NCBI GenBank assembly: GCA_964622075.1
Contig: CAZUMR010000062.1
Coordinates: forward strand, 6,886-70,885
Length of the DNA stretch: 64,000 nt
Source of the DNA: an uncultured archaeon
GTDB taxonomy: Archaea > Halobacteriota > Archaeoglobi > Archaeoglobales > Archaeoglobaceae
Direction of reading: 5' to 3'
Shown: positions 36,499-46,088 of the stretch, piece by piece
Layout: each line of letters begins with the position of its first letter
Position numbering within the stretch: the stretch's first letter is position 1
Made by a program: the position numbers and the translations under genes
The notes under the pieces: generated by a model
Database searches by the model: none
What the model was told of the DNA's origin: nothing
What the model saw: the letters and a program-made list of their open reading frames with translations, nothing else

Positions 36499-36631
36499 AG
36501 GTACGTAATAGGATTAAATAAGCTTTTCGAAAGATTTAATATTTTTATATTATTTCGACAATGTGGCAATTCGGGCTACATCAGGTTGTGTTAGGGCACA
36601 TCTTTATATGTTCTGAACTCTACGCTAAACC

Positions 36632-37849
36632 ATGTCTGAGCATTACAATCATCCAGAGTACGTTCTGAGGTGCATAGAGTGTGGCAGGATTTATGAAAGG
36701 GAAGATATTTACACGTGTGAGTGTGGCGGGTTGCTTGAGGTAAAAATAGAGAACGCAGAGATAGACTTCAAACTTGACGGAAATCTTAAGGGTGTGTGGA
36801 AGTACTCTTCTCTTCTCCCTGTGAAAATCAGGCCAGTAACTCTTAGAGAAGGGTCAACCCCCCTCTACAGGTGTAGAAGAATAGAGGAAATGCTTGAGGA
36901 GAGGGGAGTCAGGGCTGAAGTTTACGTGAAGCATGAGGGAGCAAATCCCTCCGGCTCTTTTAAGGACAGGGGAATGACTGTTGGTGTCACCAAGGCTCTT
37001 GAACTTGAAAGAAAGGCTGTGGCATGTGCATCAACGGGAAATACTTCAGCATCAATGGCAATGTACGCTGCAAGGGCGGGGATAAAAGCATACGTTCTTC
37101 TACCGGCAGGAAAGGTTGCTCTGGGAAAGGTTGCTCAGGCTCTCATGCATGGGGCGAGGGTTATAGGGATAAGGGGCAATTTCGATCAGGCTCTGGCGAT
37201 AGTCAGGGAAGTTTGTAAAATAGAGGGTTTCTATCTGCTCAATTCTGTAAATCCGTTCAGGCTTGAGGGTCAGAAAACAATAGCTTTCGAAATTGCCGAT
37301 GAAATTGGTGTACCTGACAGAATCGTTCTGCCTGTTGGAAATGCCGGCAATATATCTGCGATATACAAGGGGTTCAGGGAGCTAAGGGAGTTTGGACTGA
37401 CGGATTCAGTACCCAGAATGACTGGCATTCAGGCCAAGGGTGCAAACCCCGTATTTAAAGCCGTGAGTTCTGGAAAGGATGATATAGAGCCGGTTTTAAA
37501 TCCGGAGACTGTTGCTACAGCAATTAGGATAGGACAGCCCGTTAATGCGAGAAAGGCCATAAGAGCGATATACGAATCTGGCGGGACTGCTGAGGAAGTG
37601 AGTGACGAGGAAATACTTGATGCTCAGAAACTGCTTGCATCCAGAGAGGGAATAGGTGTGGAACCTGCGAGTGCGGCAAGTGTAGCTGGACTGATAAAGC
37701 TGGCAGAAAAGGGAGTTATTGATGATGGTGAGAGGGTTGTCTGCATAACGACAGGACATTTGCTCAAAGATCCGGAAACGGTCATAAAAGTCTGTGGAGA
37801 ACCGGTGGAAGTTGAGGCAAGTGTGGAGGCTGTTAGAGCTGTACTATGA
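36632..37849 (+). CDS. thrC: threonine synthase
   Basis: N-terminal zinc-ribbon-like CIECG...CECGG. PLP lysine motif SFKDRG. Confidence 0.9.
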   Translation: MSEHYNHPEYVLRCIECGRIYEREDIYTCECGGLLEVKIENAEIDFKLDGNLKGVWKYSSLLPVKIRPVTLREGSTPLYRCRRIEEMLEERGVRAEVYVKHEGANPSGSFKDRGMTVGVTKALELERKAVACASTGNTSASMAMYAARAGIKAYVLLPAGKVALGKVAQALMHGARVIGIRGNFDQALAIVREVCKIEGFYLLNSVNPFRLEGQKTIAFEIADEIGVPDRIVLPVGNAGNISAIYKGFRELREFGLTDSVPRMTGIQAKGANPVFKAVSSGKDDIEPVLNPETVATAIRIGQPVNARKAIRAIYESGGTAEEVSDEEILDAQKLLASREGIGVEPASAASVAGLIKLAEKGVIDDGERVVCITTGHLLKDPETVIKVCGEPVEVEASVEAVRAVL

Positions 37850-38967
37850 GAGGTGAAAACGTGCCGGGCAGCTCTTTTGGAGAGCTGTTTAGGGTTACGA
37901 CGTGGGGAGAGAGCCACGGAAGAGCTGTGGGTTGCGTTGTGGACTCACCCCCAGCAGGGCTCGATCTCTGTGAGGAAGACATTCAGAAAGAGCTTGACAG
38001 GAGAAAACCGGGAGGAAGGCTATCCTCTAAAAGGAAGGAGTCCGATAGAGTGGAAATACTCTCAGGAGTGTTTGAAGGAATTACCATGGGCACTCCAGTG
38101 TCAATGCTTGTCTGGAACAGAGATGCAAGACCGGAAGCTTACGAACCAATAAAGGATCTTATAAGGCCCGGACACGCTGATTACACTTATCTTGCAAAGT
38201 TTGGAGTCAGGGACTGGAGGGGAGGTGGCAGAGCTTCAGCAAGAGAGACAGTTGCGAGAGTAGCAGCCGGGGCGGTGGCCAAGAAGCTCCTTGGATATTT
38301 TGATGTGGAAATAGTCGGCTTTACGAGGGAAATTGGTGGAATAAAGTGCGATGTAAACGTGAGGGACGAAGAACTGGGAGATCTGTTTGAAAGAGCTGAA
38401 AAAAGTCCGGTCAGATGTCCGGACAGTGAAGTTTCTGAACTCATGGTGGAGAAAGTTGAAGAAGCGATGAAGCAGGGAAACAGCGTTGGAGGTGTTGTTG
38501 AGGTTGTTGCAAGAAACGTCCCTCCGGGACTTGGTGAGCCTGTGTTTGACAAGCTTGATGCGAGACTTGCCTACGCTGTAATGAGCATACCGGCAGTTAA
38601 GGGGGTTGAGATAGGCTCCGGATTTTCTGCAGCTTCCATGCTTGGGAGTGAGCACAACGATCCAGTAATTCTGAGGGAGAGGTGTATAGCCTTCGAAACG
38701 AACAACGCTGGCGGAATTCTTGGAGGAATATCTAACGGCGATGATATAATCGTGAGAGCAGCTGTAAAGCCGACACCATCGATATCCATTCCTCAGAAAA
38801 CTGTAAACGTCAGAACAATGGAGGAAACGGAAATAGTCGTAAAGGGAAGACACGATCCATGTATTGTGCCGAGGGCTGTGCCTGTTGTTGAGGCGATGGT
38901 GGCTCTCTGCATAGCAGACTTCATGATGATTCAGGGAATAATTCCGAGAACTTTACTTGATTTATAA
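37846..38967 (+). CDS. aroC: chorismate synthase
   Basis: [20 protein letters not shown] and GRHDPC motifs. ATGA overlap with thrC. Confidence 0.9.
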   Translation: MRGENVPGSSFGELFRVTTWGESHGRAVGCVVDSPPAGLDLCEEDIQKELDRRKPGGRLSSKRKESDRVEILSGVFEGITMGTPVSMLVWNRDARPEAYEPIKDLIRPGHADYTYLAKFGVRDWRGGGRASARETVARVAAGAVAKKLLGYFDVEIVGFTREIGGIKCDVNVRDEELGDLFERAEKSPVRCPDSEVSELMVEKVEEAMKQGNSVGGVVEVVARNVPPGLGEPVFDKLDARLAYAVMSIPAVKGVEIGSGFSAASMLGSEHNDPVILRERCIAFETNNAGGILGGISNGDDIIVRAAVKPTPSISIPQKTVNVRTMEETEIVVKGRHDPCIVPRAVPVVEAMVALCIADFMMIQGIIPRTLLDL

Positions 38968-39236
38968 TCATTTTTTGTAATTGATTTTTAGATTTCTTCA
39001 CATCGGCATTTTTCAGTGCCAGCCATTATCAAAACGAAGCAAACGAAAAATATCCGGAAAATAACGGTTAACTCAAGAACTGGAAAAAAACGGTAAGTTT
39101 TGGCCAATTTGAAACGAATTTGAAGCTTTCACTTTTTTCCGTTTCGTGTAAAAACCCTTATTTTTCTTTCGTTATGCGAAAACTTTAAAAGCAATTCATG
39201 CAAAGTCTGTTGCACTCATTGAGAACCGGTTTCAGA

Positions 39237-39319
39237 CCGGTCTTCAGCCTCCAAAATCTGAAAATCAAGTGTAAACTCGGTTAAATCTGTTCAGGAGGTG
39301 GAAGACCGGCGGATTTTGG
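39237..39319 (+). promoter_or_regulatory. extended hairpin with pseudoknot-capable tail in the speH leader
   Basis: 39237-39245 pairs with 39301-39309 (9 bp) and 39248-39252 with 39294-39298 (5 bp, CCUCC/GGAGG). The loop segment CCAAAAUC (39251-39258) is complementary to GAUUUUGG (39312-39319). Confidence 0.35.
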
Positions 39320-39356
39320 GAAAGTACGATCCTGGGGTGAGAAAAAATGAAGGCGG

Positions 39357-39704
39357 GTGATGACCATGATAGTCGGGAAGCACATAATTGCGGAGTTGTA
39401 TGGAGTTCCAAAGGAGCTAATTTCATATGAGAAAACCGTAAGGGAGATAGTGGAGGAGGTAGTGGAAAAATCCGGGCTTACAAAAGTTGGAAGTGTTTAC
39501 AAACAGTTTGAGCCCCATGGTGTAACCGGAATCGTTCTCGTTGCGGAATCTCACGTAAGCCTTCATACATGGCCTGAATACGAGCTTGTAAATCTTGACA
39601 TTTTCACGTGCGGAGATGCTAAAGCCGCTGAAAAAGCTTTTGAACTGTTTTTGGAGAAGTTCAAACCCCGTTCTTACAGGCACTACGTTCTTGACAGGGG
39701 TTGA
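39357..39704 (+). CDS. speH: S-adenosylmethionine decarboxylase proenzyme (SpeH type)
   Basis: The VAESHVSLHTWPEY self-processing region. The probable start is the ATG at 39366 (MIVGKHIIAELYG), preceded by GGGTGAT. Confidence 0.85.
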   Translation: MMTMIVGKHIIAELYGVPKELISYEKTVREIVEEVVEKSGLTKVGSVYKQFEPHGVTGIVLVAESHVSLHTWPEYELVNLDIFTCGDAKAAEKAFELFLEKFKPRSYRHYVLDRG

Positions 39705-39765
39705 TTTCCAGCCCCAACATTTTTGACCCTAACATTTTTAGCTCCTTTTTTAGACGCCGTAGCTG

Positions 39766-40836
39766 GTGAGGGCCATGTCCTGTGATGCGCTTGGTGCACT
39801 TGATAAGTATCCGGGGGAATTGAGGAGGATCGTTCTTCAGATTCTCCAGTTCGTGGATGGAGAGACATCAGTTTACAGGCTGATAGACTCTCAGGACGCA
39901 AGTCTGCCAGAGTTCTTCTCACTGCTACAAAGGCTGAAAGAGGACGGACTGATAGAGTTAGAAAGGGGAAAAGTGAGGCTGAGTGAGAGAGGAAAGAAAA
40001 TCAGGGACGAAATTGGGCTTTTCTCCTCTAACGTGAGATGTGACTGCTGTGATGGCACGGGTTACATAATAGCTGAAGAATTTAAAGACGCCTTTGAAGA
40101 GTACAGAAAGATAGCCAAAAACAGGCCGGAGGCAATAGAAGTTTACGATCAGGGATTTATAAGCGTTGAAGGCGTGATGAGGAGAGTGGAATTCCTTTAC
40201 GAGAGGGGAGACCTCGCATCAAAAATTTTCATAGTTGGAGATGATGACCTCTTCAGCATCGCCTCCTCTTTAACAGGATTGCCGGAGAAAGTGACTGTTG
40301 TGGAGATAGATGAGAGGCTTGTAAACTTCATAAACTCCGTTGCTGAGGAGTATTCTCTACCAGTAGAGGCGAGGGTTTACGACGTTCAGCAGGCTTTTCC
40401 AGATGAACTGAGAAAGAAGTACGACGTTTTTGTAACCGATCCTGTTGAAACGATCCCGGGCCTTAAGCTGTTCCTTTCAAGGGGAGTTTCTACACTTAAG
40501 GGAGCGGGCTGTTCTGGGTACTTCGGACTCACAACTCTTGAAGCGTCAAGGAAAAAGTGGTACGAAATCCAGCAGATGATACACGACATGGGTTTCGTGA
40601 TAACGGATATGGTGAGGAAGTTCAGCGTTTATCCTGAGGAGGAAAAGAACTTCTTCCGCTTTCAGGAGAAACTGCCGGTGGTCGAAAAGCTTAACGCTGA
40701 AATAGACTGGAACTGGTACAAGTCAACCCTTTACAGAATAGAGGCTGTTAAAGATCCGAAACCACTTGTTGAGGGAGAAATGATAATTGACGAGAAAGTT
40801 TACAAGGACGAGGAAAGCTGGGCCACGCCCTACTGA
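39766..40836 (+). CDS. bpsA: DUF43-family aminopropyltransferase, N4-bis(aminopropyl)spermidine synthase-like
   Basis: An N-terminal wHTH-like segment, VGDDDLFSIA and VFVTDPVET motifs as in Thermococcus BpsA. Located next to speH. Confidence 0.7.
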   Translation: MRAMSCDALGALDKYPGELRRIVLQILQFVDGETSVYRLIDSQDASLPEFFSLLQRLKEDGLIELERGKVRLSERGKKIRDEIGLFSSNVRCDCCDGTGYIIAEEFKDAFEEYRKIAKNRPEAIEVYDQGFISVEGVMRRVEFLYERGDLASKIFIVGDDDLFSIASSLTGLPEKVTVVEIDERLVNFINSVAEEYSLPVEARVYDVQQAFPDELRKKYDVFVTDPVETIPGLKLFLSRGVSTLKGAGCSGYFGLTTLEASRKKWYEIQQMIHDMGFVITDMVRKFSVYPEEEKNFFRFQEKLPVVEKLNAEIDWNWYKSTLYRIEAVKDPKPLVEGEMIIDEKVYKDEESWATPY

Positions 40837-40853
40837 TCTGTTTTTTGTTGTGA

Positions 40854-40912
40854 GTGGAATGATAGGTGGAGTGGAATGAAATGCAATCTGAATGAAAGGT
40901 CTGAATGAAAGG
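40854..40912. repeat. four GAATGA(A/T) motifs including a perfect 13-bp tandem duplication
   Basis: GTGGAATGA at 40854 and 40871. TCTGAATGAAAGG at 40887-40899 and 40900-40912. The array lies just upstream of the mrp-like gene. Confidence 0.85.
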
Positions 40913-40957
40913 TAATCTGCAAGATAAGAAAGCGGGAAAGCCAGTAAGGGTGATACC

Positions 40958-41731
40958 ATGCAGCAGAAGATAGTTACGGGTAAGGATATAGCGGAAAAAT
41001 TGAAGGATGTTGAGCACAAGATAGTGGTTACGAGCGGTAAGGGTGGAGTTGGTAAGTCAACTGTTGCAGCCCTGCTTGCCGTTCACTATGCAAGACAGGG
41101 AAAGAGCGTTGGAATATTTGATGCAGACTTCCTTGGGCCATCCATACCGAGGCTGTTTGGAATAGAGGACAAATCTCAGGAACTCACAATTGGAACGAAA
41201 GGAATCAACCCCGTTTACACGGATAAGTACGGAATAAAGGTTCTCTCAGTGCAGTTCATGCTACCGAGAAGAGAATCTCCTGTAATATGGAGAGGCCTCG
41301 CCATAAACACGGCTATAAGGAGTTTTCTTGGCAGTGTGGACTGGGGCAAGCTGGACTACCTGATTTTTGACATGCCTCCCGGGACAGGAGATGCCATTCT
41401 GACTGTAATTGACTTCGTGGAGCTTGATGGATTGATAATGGTCACAATACCTCAGGATCTGTCTGCTCTGATAGTGGAGAAGGCAATAAACATGGCGAGG
41501 AAGATGGACACAGAAGTTCTTGGCATAGTCGAGAACATGAGTTACTTTGAATGTCCAAAGTGTGGAGAGAGGATATACCTGTTCGGAAAGGATAAGGCGA
41601 TAGAGCTCTGCAGAAAGTACGATGTCGATTTGATAACCCAGATACCTTTCGACAAAGAACTGCTCGACTACTGCGAGAGAGGCAGGATAGAGGACTTTCC
41701 GTACGATTACTTCGAGTACTTCTACTACTGA
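40958..41731 (+). CDS. Mrp/NBP35/ApbC-family Fe-S cluster carrier ATPase
   Basis: Deviant Walker A SGKGGVGKST, and CPKCG in the C-terminal half. Confidence 0.85.
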   Translation: MQQKIVTGKDIAEKLKDVEHKIVVTSGKGGVGKSTVAALLAVHYARQGKSVGIFDADFLGPSIPRLFGIEDKSQELTIGTKGINPVYTDKYGIKVLSVQFMLPRRESPVIWRGLAINTAIRSFLGSVDWGKLDYLIFDMPPGTGDAILTVIDFVELDGLIMVTIPQDLSALIVEKAINMARKMDTEVLGIVENMSYFECPKCGERIYLFGKDKAIELCRKYDVDLITQIPFDKELLDYCERGRIEDFPYDYFEYFYY

Positions 41732-41820
41732 TTACTACTGATTTAACTACTGATTTATTTGTTTTTTGTTTTTACTTTTTACTTTTATGTTTCTTGCCTT
41801 TCTTACTTTTACGTTCACCT

Positions 41821-44166
41821 TTATAAAGTAAAGTTCTCTTCATACCACTTCCAGACCTTTTTGATTGCCGATAACAGTGTTTTGTACGGTCTCATTCCGC
41901 TCTCTCCTATACACTCCCCGGCAAACTTCCAGTCTCTGAGCTGGAGACATTTTGCTATAAGGACTTTCTCCTCCTTTTCCTCCATTTCAGCCCTGTTAGC
42001 GCGTGAATACATGAACCTCACAAGCGGTCTTGCCACATCAGATGCATACTCGTAAAGACTGACACCCTGAAAGTACTTTTTGAGTCTTTTTCTGTTTACC
42101 TGATCCATCTCCGGCATAGGATAGCTGAAATCTCTTGAAAGGGAGTGCAGCAGCTGTACCGTTGTATCAACTTCAAGATCTGACAGCTCATCGCCGAGCC
42201 ACTCAAGCAACCTCTTGACGAAGTTCGCGTTCAGCCTCTCCACGACCTCCTCCACATGCATCTTGAGAGCTCTCAGAACGACTACCGTGTGTTCTCCGGA
42301 AACTTCATTCCTCTGCGGAGTCATATGTACAGGCAGAAATCCGTTCTTCAACCAGAACCTCAGCAGCTCTGGAGAAACACCAAATCCTGAACCTATCCAG
42401 TCAAACTCGTTCCCGCAGCTCCAGTCCACAAGCTTTCTGAGAGCAAAACTGCCGATTCCCATGTCCATAACAGATGGATGAGTTGCAATTCTGACAATTC
42501 TGACTCCAAGCATTTTTGGAAATTCGTAGTCCCAGTAATGCTTCAGTATCAGATCCGGGATAATCTGTCCTTTGGGCTTGTAGCCATCGCTCATTTCCTC
42601 AATTGTTCTGTCATCCATTCCTCCCTCTATTGCCACATGCAGAGAACAGACTGTTTTTCCATTGACCTTAACTCTAAAAGCAAGGTGGTTTGGCATATCA
42701 AGCAGTATTACCACGTCTGACGGCCTATTCCTGTAATGAGCAAGCACGTATATTCCAAAGAACTCTCTCAGCAACTCCTCATCTTTCACGAGTTCATCCT
42801 TGTCTATCATTTCGAACTCAAGTTTGCCTTCTTTTATTGCCTCTATATCTTCCTCACTCAGCTCAGCTGGCTGTGCATCCAGTAAAAGCACGTCGTATAT
42901 CCACTTTTCAATCGGATCGCCTTTTCCGTACCTTACCGGCTCTTCAAGGTGTATCTTTTCTATCTCCGTTTCCTCATCCTGCTCCAGCCTCTTAAGGAAC
43001 CTTATGCTGAATCCCCTTCCAGCCCCCTCGTAGCCGTGAATTGTGGAGGAAAACACGATGTATCTTACCCTTTTAGCAATTTCCCAGAGAACTGGTACAT
43101 CTATTCCAGCAGCCTCGTCCACTATAACTATGTCAGCATAATCGCTCTCAAGCATGGCCCTTCTTGGAACAACGTACTCAACTCTTGCATATTTGCTGTT
43201 CAGGACCGTAATCATTCCGTTGCTCTCCTTAACCCTGAAGTCCTTCATCCCCTGCCTGATCATGGCCTTTTTCAGAAACCTGAAGTACGTCTGAACGGCC
43301 TGAGGTGTTGGAGCAACAACCATGATTCTGACAGCTCTCTTCAGCACCCTCTGCATTCTGGATATGAGGTATGGAGTAACTATTCCGAGGACGGCAGTCT
43401 TACCTCTCCCTCTATCTGCAGTTATAACAACGGCTTTTCTCTCCTTTTTCCTGTCAAAGAATCGCTCGAAGAGCTGAAGAACTCTCACCTGATCCTGAGT
43501 GGCACAGAGCTTGTACAGTTTCCTCTTTATTTCTCTGTTTTCAGGGATTACGATTTCTTCCCTGCTCTCTCCTTCCTCTACACCCTCGTAGTGTTTCAGT
43601 ATTTTTCTCTTGTCGGCGTTGAAAATTATCATTCCCCTTGCAAGCATCGTTCTTTCTATGAATCTCCTGTAGAATCTTGGAGTTACATCATCCACCGTGT
43701 ATGGCTCGCTTACAAGCTCTTCGTGCCATTTTCCAACGAGTTCTCTCCATTTTGACGGCTTTGGTGAGACTGCTATTATTATCCCGCCCTCTTCTATTGT
43801 CTCGACTATTATACCGAGGTCGTTCGGATGAAAGCCTTCTGTCAGATCTATAACGAGGGACTGATGCGTTTCACCAAGGACACTTGGAGAGTCCTTGTAG
43901 TGAATGATTTTGACTTTCTTGCCATCTTTTTTGCCTTTTTTACCCTTAAAGTACTCTTCTGCCATTTCTATGAACTTGCTCCTTCCTGCAACGAGCAGCT
44001 CTCTTTCACCAACGACCTCCTGATACGACCTCAAAATTTTTCTGATGAGCTTGAATATCCTCGGCTCAAGAGATGACGTGCAGACAAATACGGCAAAACG
44101 ATGTCTCCTCTCCTTGGCCTGAGAAGCAGCCTTCTGGACTTCTGACAGCAATTCTTTGACGGTCAT
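41821..44166 (-). CDS. tmcA: tRNA(Met) cytidine acetyltransferase TmcA (Nat10-like)
   Basis: 781 aa with the helicase-type P-loop ADRGRGKTA, a GNAT-like domain and a tRNA-binding C-terminal region. Confidence 0.8.
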   Translation of the reverse strand: MTVKELLSEVQKAASQAKERRHRFAVFVCTSSLEPRIFKLIRKILRSYQEVVGERELLVAGRSKFIEMAEEYFKGKKGKKDGKKVKIIHYKDSPSVLGETHQSLVIDLTEGFHPNDLGIIVETIEEGGIIIAVSPKPSKWRELVGKWHEELVSEPYTVDDVTPRFYRRFIERTMLARGMIIFNADKRKILKHYEGVEEGESREEIVIPENREIKRKLYKLCATQDQVRVLQLFERFFDRKKERKAVVITADRGRGKTAVLGIVTPYLISRMQRVLKRAVRIMVVAPTPQAVQTYFRFLKKAMIRQGMKDFRVKESNGMITVLNSKYARVEYVVPRRAMLESDYADIVIVDEAAGIDVPVLWEIAKRVRYIVFSSTIHGYEGAGRGFSIRFLKRLEQDEETEIEKIHLEEPVRYGKGDPIEKWIYDVLLLDAQPAELSEEDIEAIKEGKLEFEMIDKDELVKDEELLREFFGIYVLAHYRNRPSDVVILLDMPNHLAFRVKVNGKTVCSLHVAIEGGMDDRTIEEMSDGYKPKGQIIPDLILKHYWDYEFPKMLGVRIVRIATHPSVMDMGIGSFALRKLVDWSCGNEFDWIGSGFGVSPELLRFWLKNGFLPVHMTPQRNEVSGEHTVVVLRALKMHVEEVVERLNANFVKRLLEWLGDELSDLEVDTTVQLLHSLSRDFSYPMPEMDQVNRKRLKKYFQGVSLYEYASDVARPLVRFMYSRANRAEMEEKEEKVLIAKCLQLRDWKFAGECIGESGMRPYKTLLSAIKKVWKWYEENFTL

Positions 44167-44243
44167 CAGCCCGGTATTGTAAGGTTTTGTAAAAAAGGTT
44201 ACTGTGGTAAAAGATATTAAGCTGACCGGATTAGCTGAAACGG

Positions 44244-45260
44244 GTGACGATAATGGTCGAACTTGAAAAACTCAGGTTTGGAACTGAACTCATAAAGAGA
44301 GGATTTGCAAAAATGCAGAAGGGCGGAGTGATAATGGACGTAACGAACGCTGAGCAGGCTGGAATTGCGGAGGACGCTGGAGCTGTGGCGGTGATGGCAC
44401 TGCACAAGGTTCCTGCAGATATAAGGGCTTCTGGTGGTGTAGCGAGGATGGCAGATCCAAAGAAGATTCAGGAGATAATGGATGCCGTAACCATTCCAGT
44501 GATGGCGAAGGTCAGAATAGGGCATGTCGCTGAGGCGAGAGCTCTTGAAGCTTTGGGAGTTGACATGATAGATGAGAGTGAAGTTCTTACTCCAGCTGAC
44601 GTGTTCTTCCACATAGACAAGAGGAAGTTTGTCGTTCCATTTGTGTGCGGTGCGAGAAGTCTTGGAGAGGCTGTGAGAAGAATATGGGAAGGAGCTGCAA
44701 TGATAAGGACGAAGGGAGAGGCAGGGACGGGAAACGTTGTTGAGGCAGTAAGGCACATGAGACTGATAAACAGGGCAATAGAAGAGCTGAAGCTGATGCA
44801 GAAGGAAGCAATTTACAGCGTTGCGGAGAAGTTTGCTGAGGCTTACTGCAGATTAGCAAGTGGTGTGAGGGAAGAAATGGGGCTAAATAGCGTTACCCCG
44901 GATACGGTCGTTTACGAGGAATATACTTTTGCCAGCGTGGTTGAAGGTCTGTATAAGGTACTTCTGGAGATAAAGGAGCTTGGAAGGCTGCCTGTCGTGA
45001 ACTTCTCGGCTGGAGGAATAGCGACTCCCGCTGATGCTGCTTTCATGATGCAGCTTGGTGCTGATGGCGTGTTTGTAGGTTCCGGCATTTTCAAGAGCTC
45101 CAACCCTCCGGAGTATGCAAGGGCCATAGTCGAGGCTGTCAGACACTATGATGATCCAGAAGTCATCGCCGAGGTGAGCAAGGGCCTTGGAGATGCCATG
45201 AAGGGTTTGGACGTCTTCAGTCTGAAAGAGGAGGAAAGACTGCAGGAGAGAGGAGTTTAA
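44244..45260 (+). CDS. pdxS: pyridoxal 5'-phosphate synthase lyase subunit PdxS
   Basis: [17 protein letters not shown] and [15 protein letters not shown] motifs, with an archaeal-type insertion. The probable start is the ATG at 44253. Confidence 0.9.
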   Translation: MTIMVELEKLRFGTELIKRGFAKMQKGGVIMDVTNAEQAGIAEDAGAVAVMALHKVPADIRASGGVARMADPKKIQEIMDAVTIPVMAKVRIGHVAEARALEALGVDMIDESEVLTPADVFFHIDKRKFVVPFVCGARSLGEAVRRIWEGAAMIRTKGEAGTGNVVEAVRHMRLINRAIEELKLMQKEAIYSVAEKFAEAYCRLASGVREEMGLNSVTPDTVVYEEYTFASVVEGLYKVLLEIKELGRLPVVNFSAGGIATPADAAFMMQLGADGVFVGSGIFKSSNPPEYARAIVEAVRHYDDPEVIAEVSKGLGDAMKGLDVFSLKEEERLQERGV

Positions 45261-45359
45261 CTTGCAATCTGTATAACTTTTTTAAAATTAAATTTTGTAC
45301 AGATATTAAAAGAATTTAAAAAATTAAATAAAAGAAAAATTTAAATATAAAATTAAAAG

Positions 45360-45992
45360 GTGAACGCCGTGAGGGTGGCAGTGGTTGGAGTTCAGGGCGA
45401 CGTTGAGGAGCATGTGTTTGCCACAAAGCTTGCGATGAAAAACCTTGGAATTGAAGGTGAGGTTGTTGCGACAAGAAAACCGGGAGTTGTTGGCAGGAGT
45501 GATGCCGTAATAATCCCCGGAGGGGAAAGTACAACGATAAGCAAGCTGATATTCAGGGAAGTTGATGGAACCAGCATAGCTGATGAGATTTTTTCTGTTG
45601 CGGAAGAGGGAAAACCCGTAATGGGTACATGTGCCGGATTAATTCTACTTTCAAAGTATGGAGATGAGCAGGTGGAAAAAACGGGCACAAAACTCCTAAA
45701 ATTACTTGACGTGAGAGTTAAGAGAAACGCTTTTGGAAGGCAGAGGGAAAGCTTTCAAACCCAGCTTGAATTCAAGGGTATAGGGTTGGTTGAAGCTATA
45801 TTCATCAGGGCACCCGCCATAGTCGAGGTTGGGAAGGGTGTGGAAGTTCTTGCGAGGTTTGAGGAATACGTTGTTGCGGCAAAGGAGAGAAACGTTCTCG
45901 GTCTGGCATTCCATCCAGAATTAAATGCCGAATTCGGTGATACGAGGGTTCACGAGTACTTTTTGAAGATGATTTCAGATCTGTCTGGTTGA
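45360..45992 (+). CDS. pdxT: pyridoxal 5'-phosphate synthase glutaminase subunit PdxT
   Basis: GGESTT, GTCAG and FHPE motifs. GTG start. Confidence 0.85.
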   Translation: MNAVRVAVVGVQGDVEEHVFATKLAMKNLGIEGEVVATRKPGVVGRSDAVIIPGGESTTISKLIFREVDGTSIADEIFSVAEEGKPVMGTCAGLILLSKYGDEQVEKTGTKLLKLLDVRVKRNAFGRQRESFQTQLEFKGIGLVEAIFIRAPAIVEVGKGVEVLARFEEYVVAAKERNVLGLAFHPELNAEFGDTRVHEYFLKMISDLSG

Positions 45993-46088
45993 ATCTAACT
46001 TCGATTGGGCTGACTTGCATTGGATTGACAGAAATTTAAGAAATTTAATTTAAAATTTAATAAATTGTAGTTACAAAAATAAATTTCT

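Noticed and set aside
39347-39430. 27-codon out-of-frame ORF overlapping the speH start (MKAGDDHDSREAHNCGVVWSSKGANFI), and a 28-codon ORF at 39198-39284
   Set aside because: A GGGGTGA lies upstream of the first, but there is no supporting conservation evidence. The second has no Shine-Dalgarno. Both are kept only as a remote uORF possibility within the leader finding.
40854-40912. Interpretation of the GAATGA/CTGA repeats as a C/D box sRNA
   Set aside because: The C-box candidates (AATGATA, AATGAAA) deviate from RUGAUGA. The spacing to the CUGA motifs does not give the 12-nt guide architecture.
42949-43755. 268-aa plus-strand ORF and neighbours inside the tmcA region
   Set aside because: It is antisense to the 781-aa TmcA gene, which has clear P-loop and GNAT features. 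There is no start context and the composition is a shadow of the real frame.
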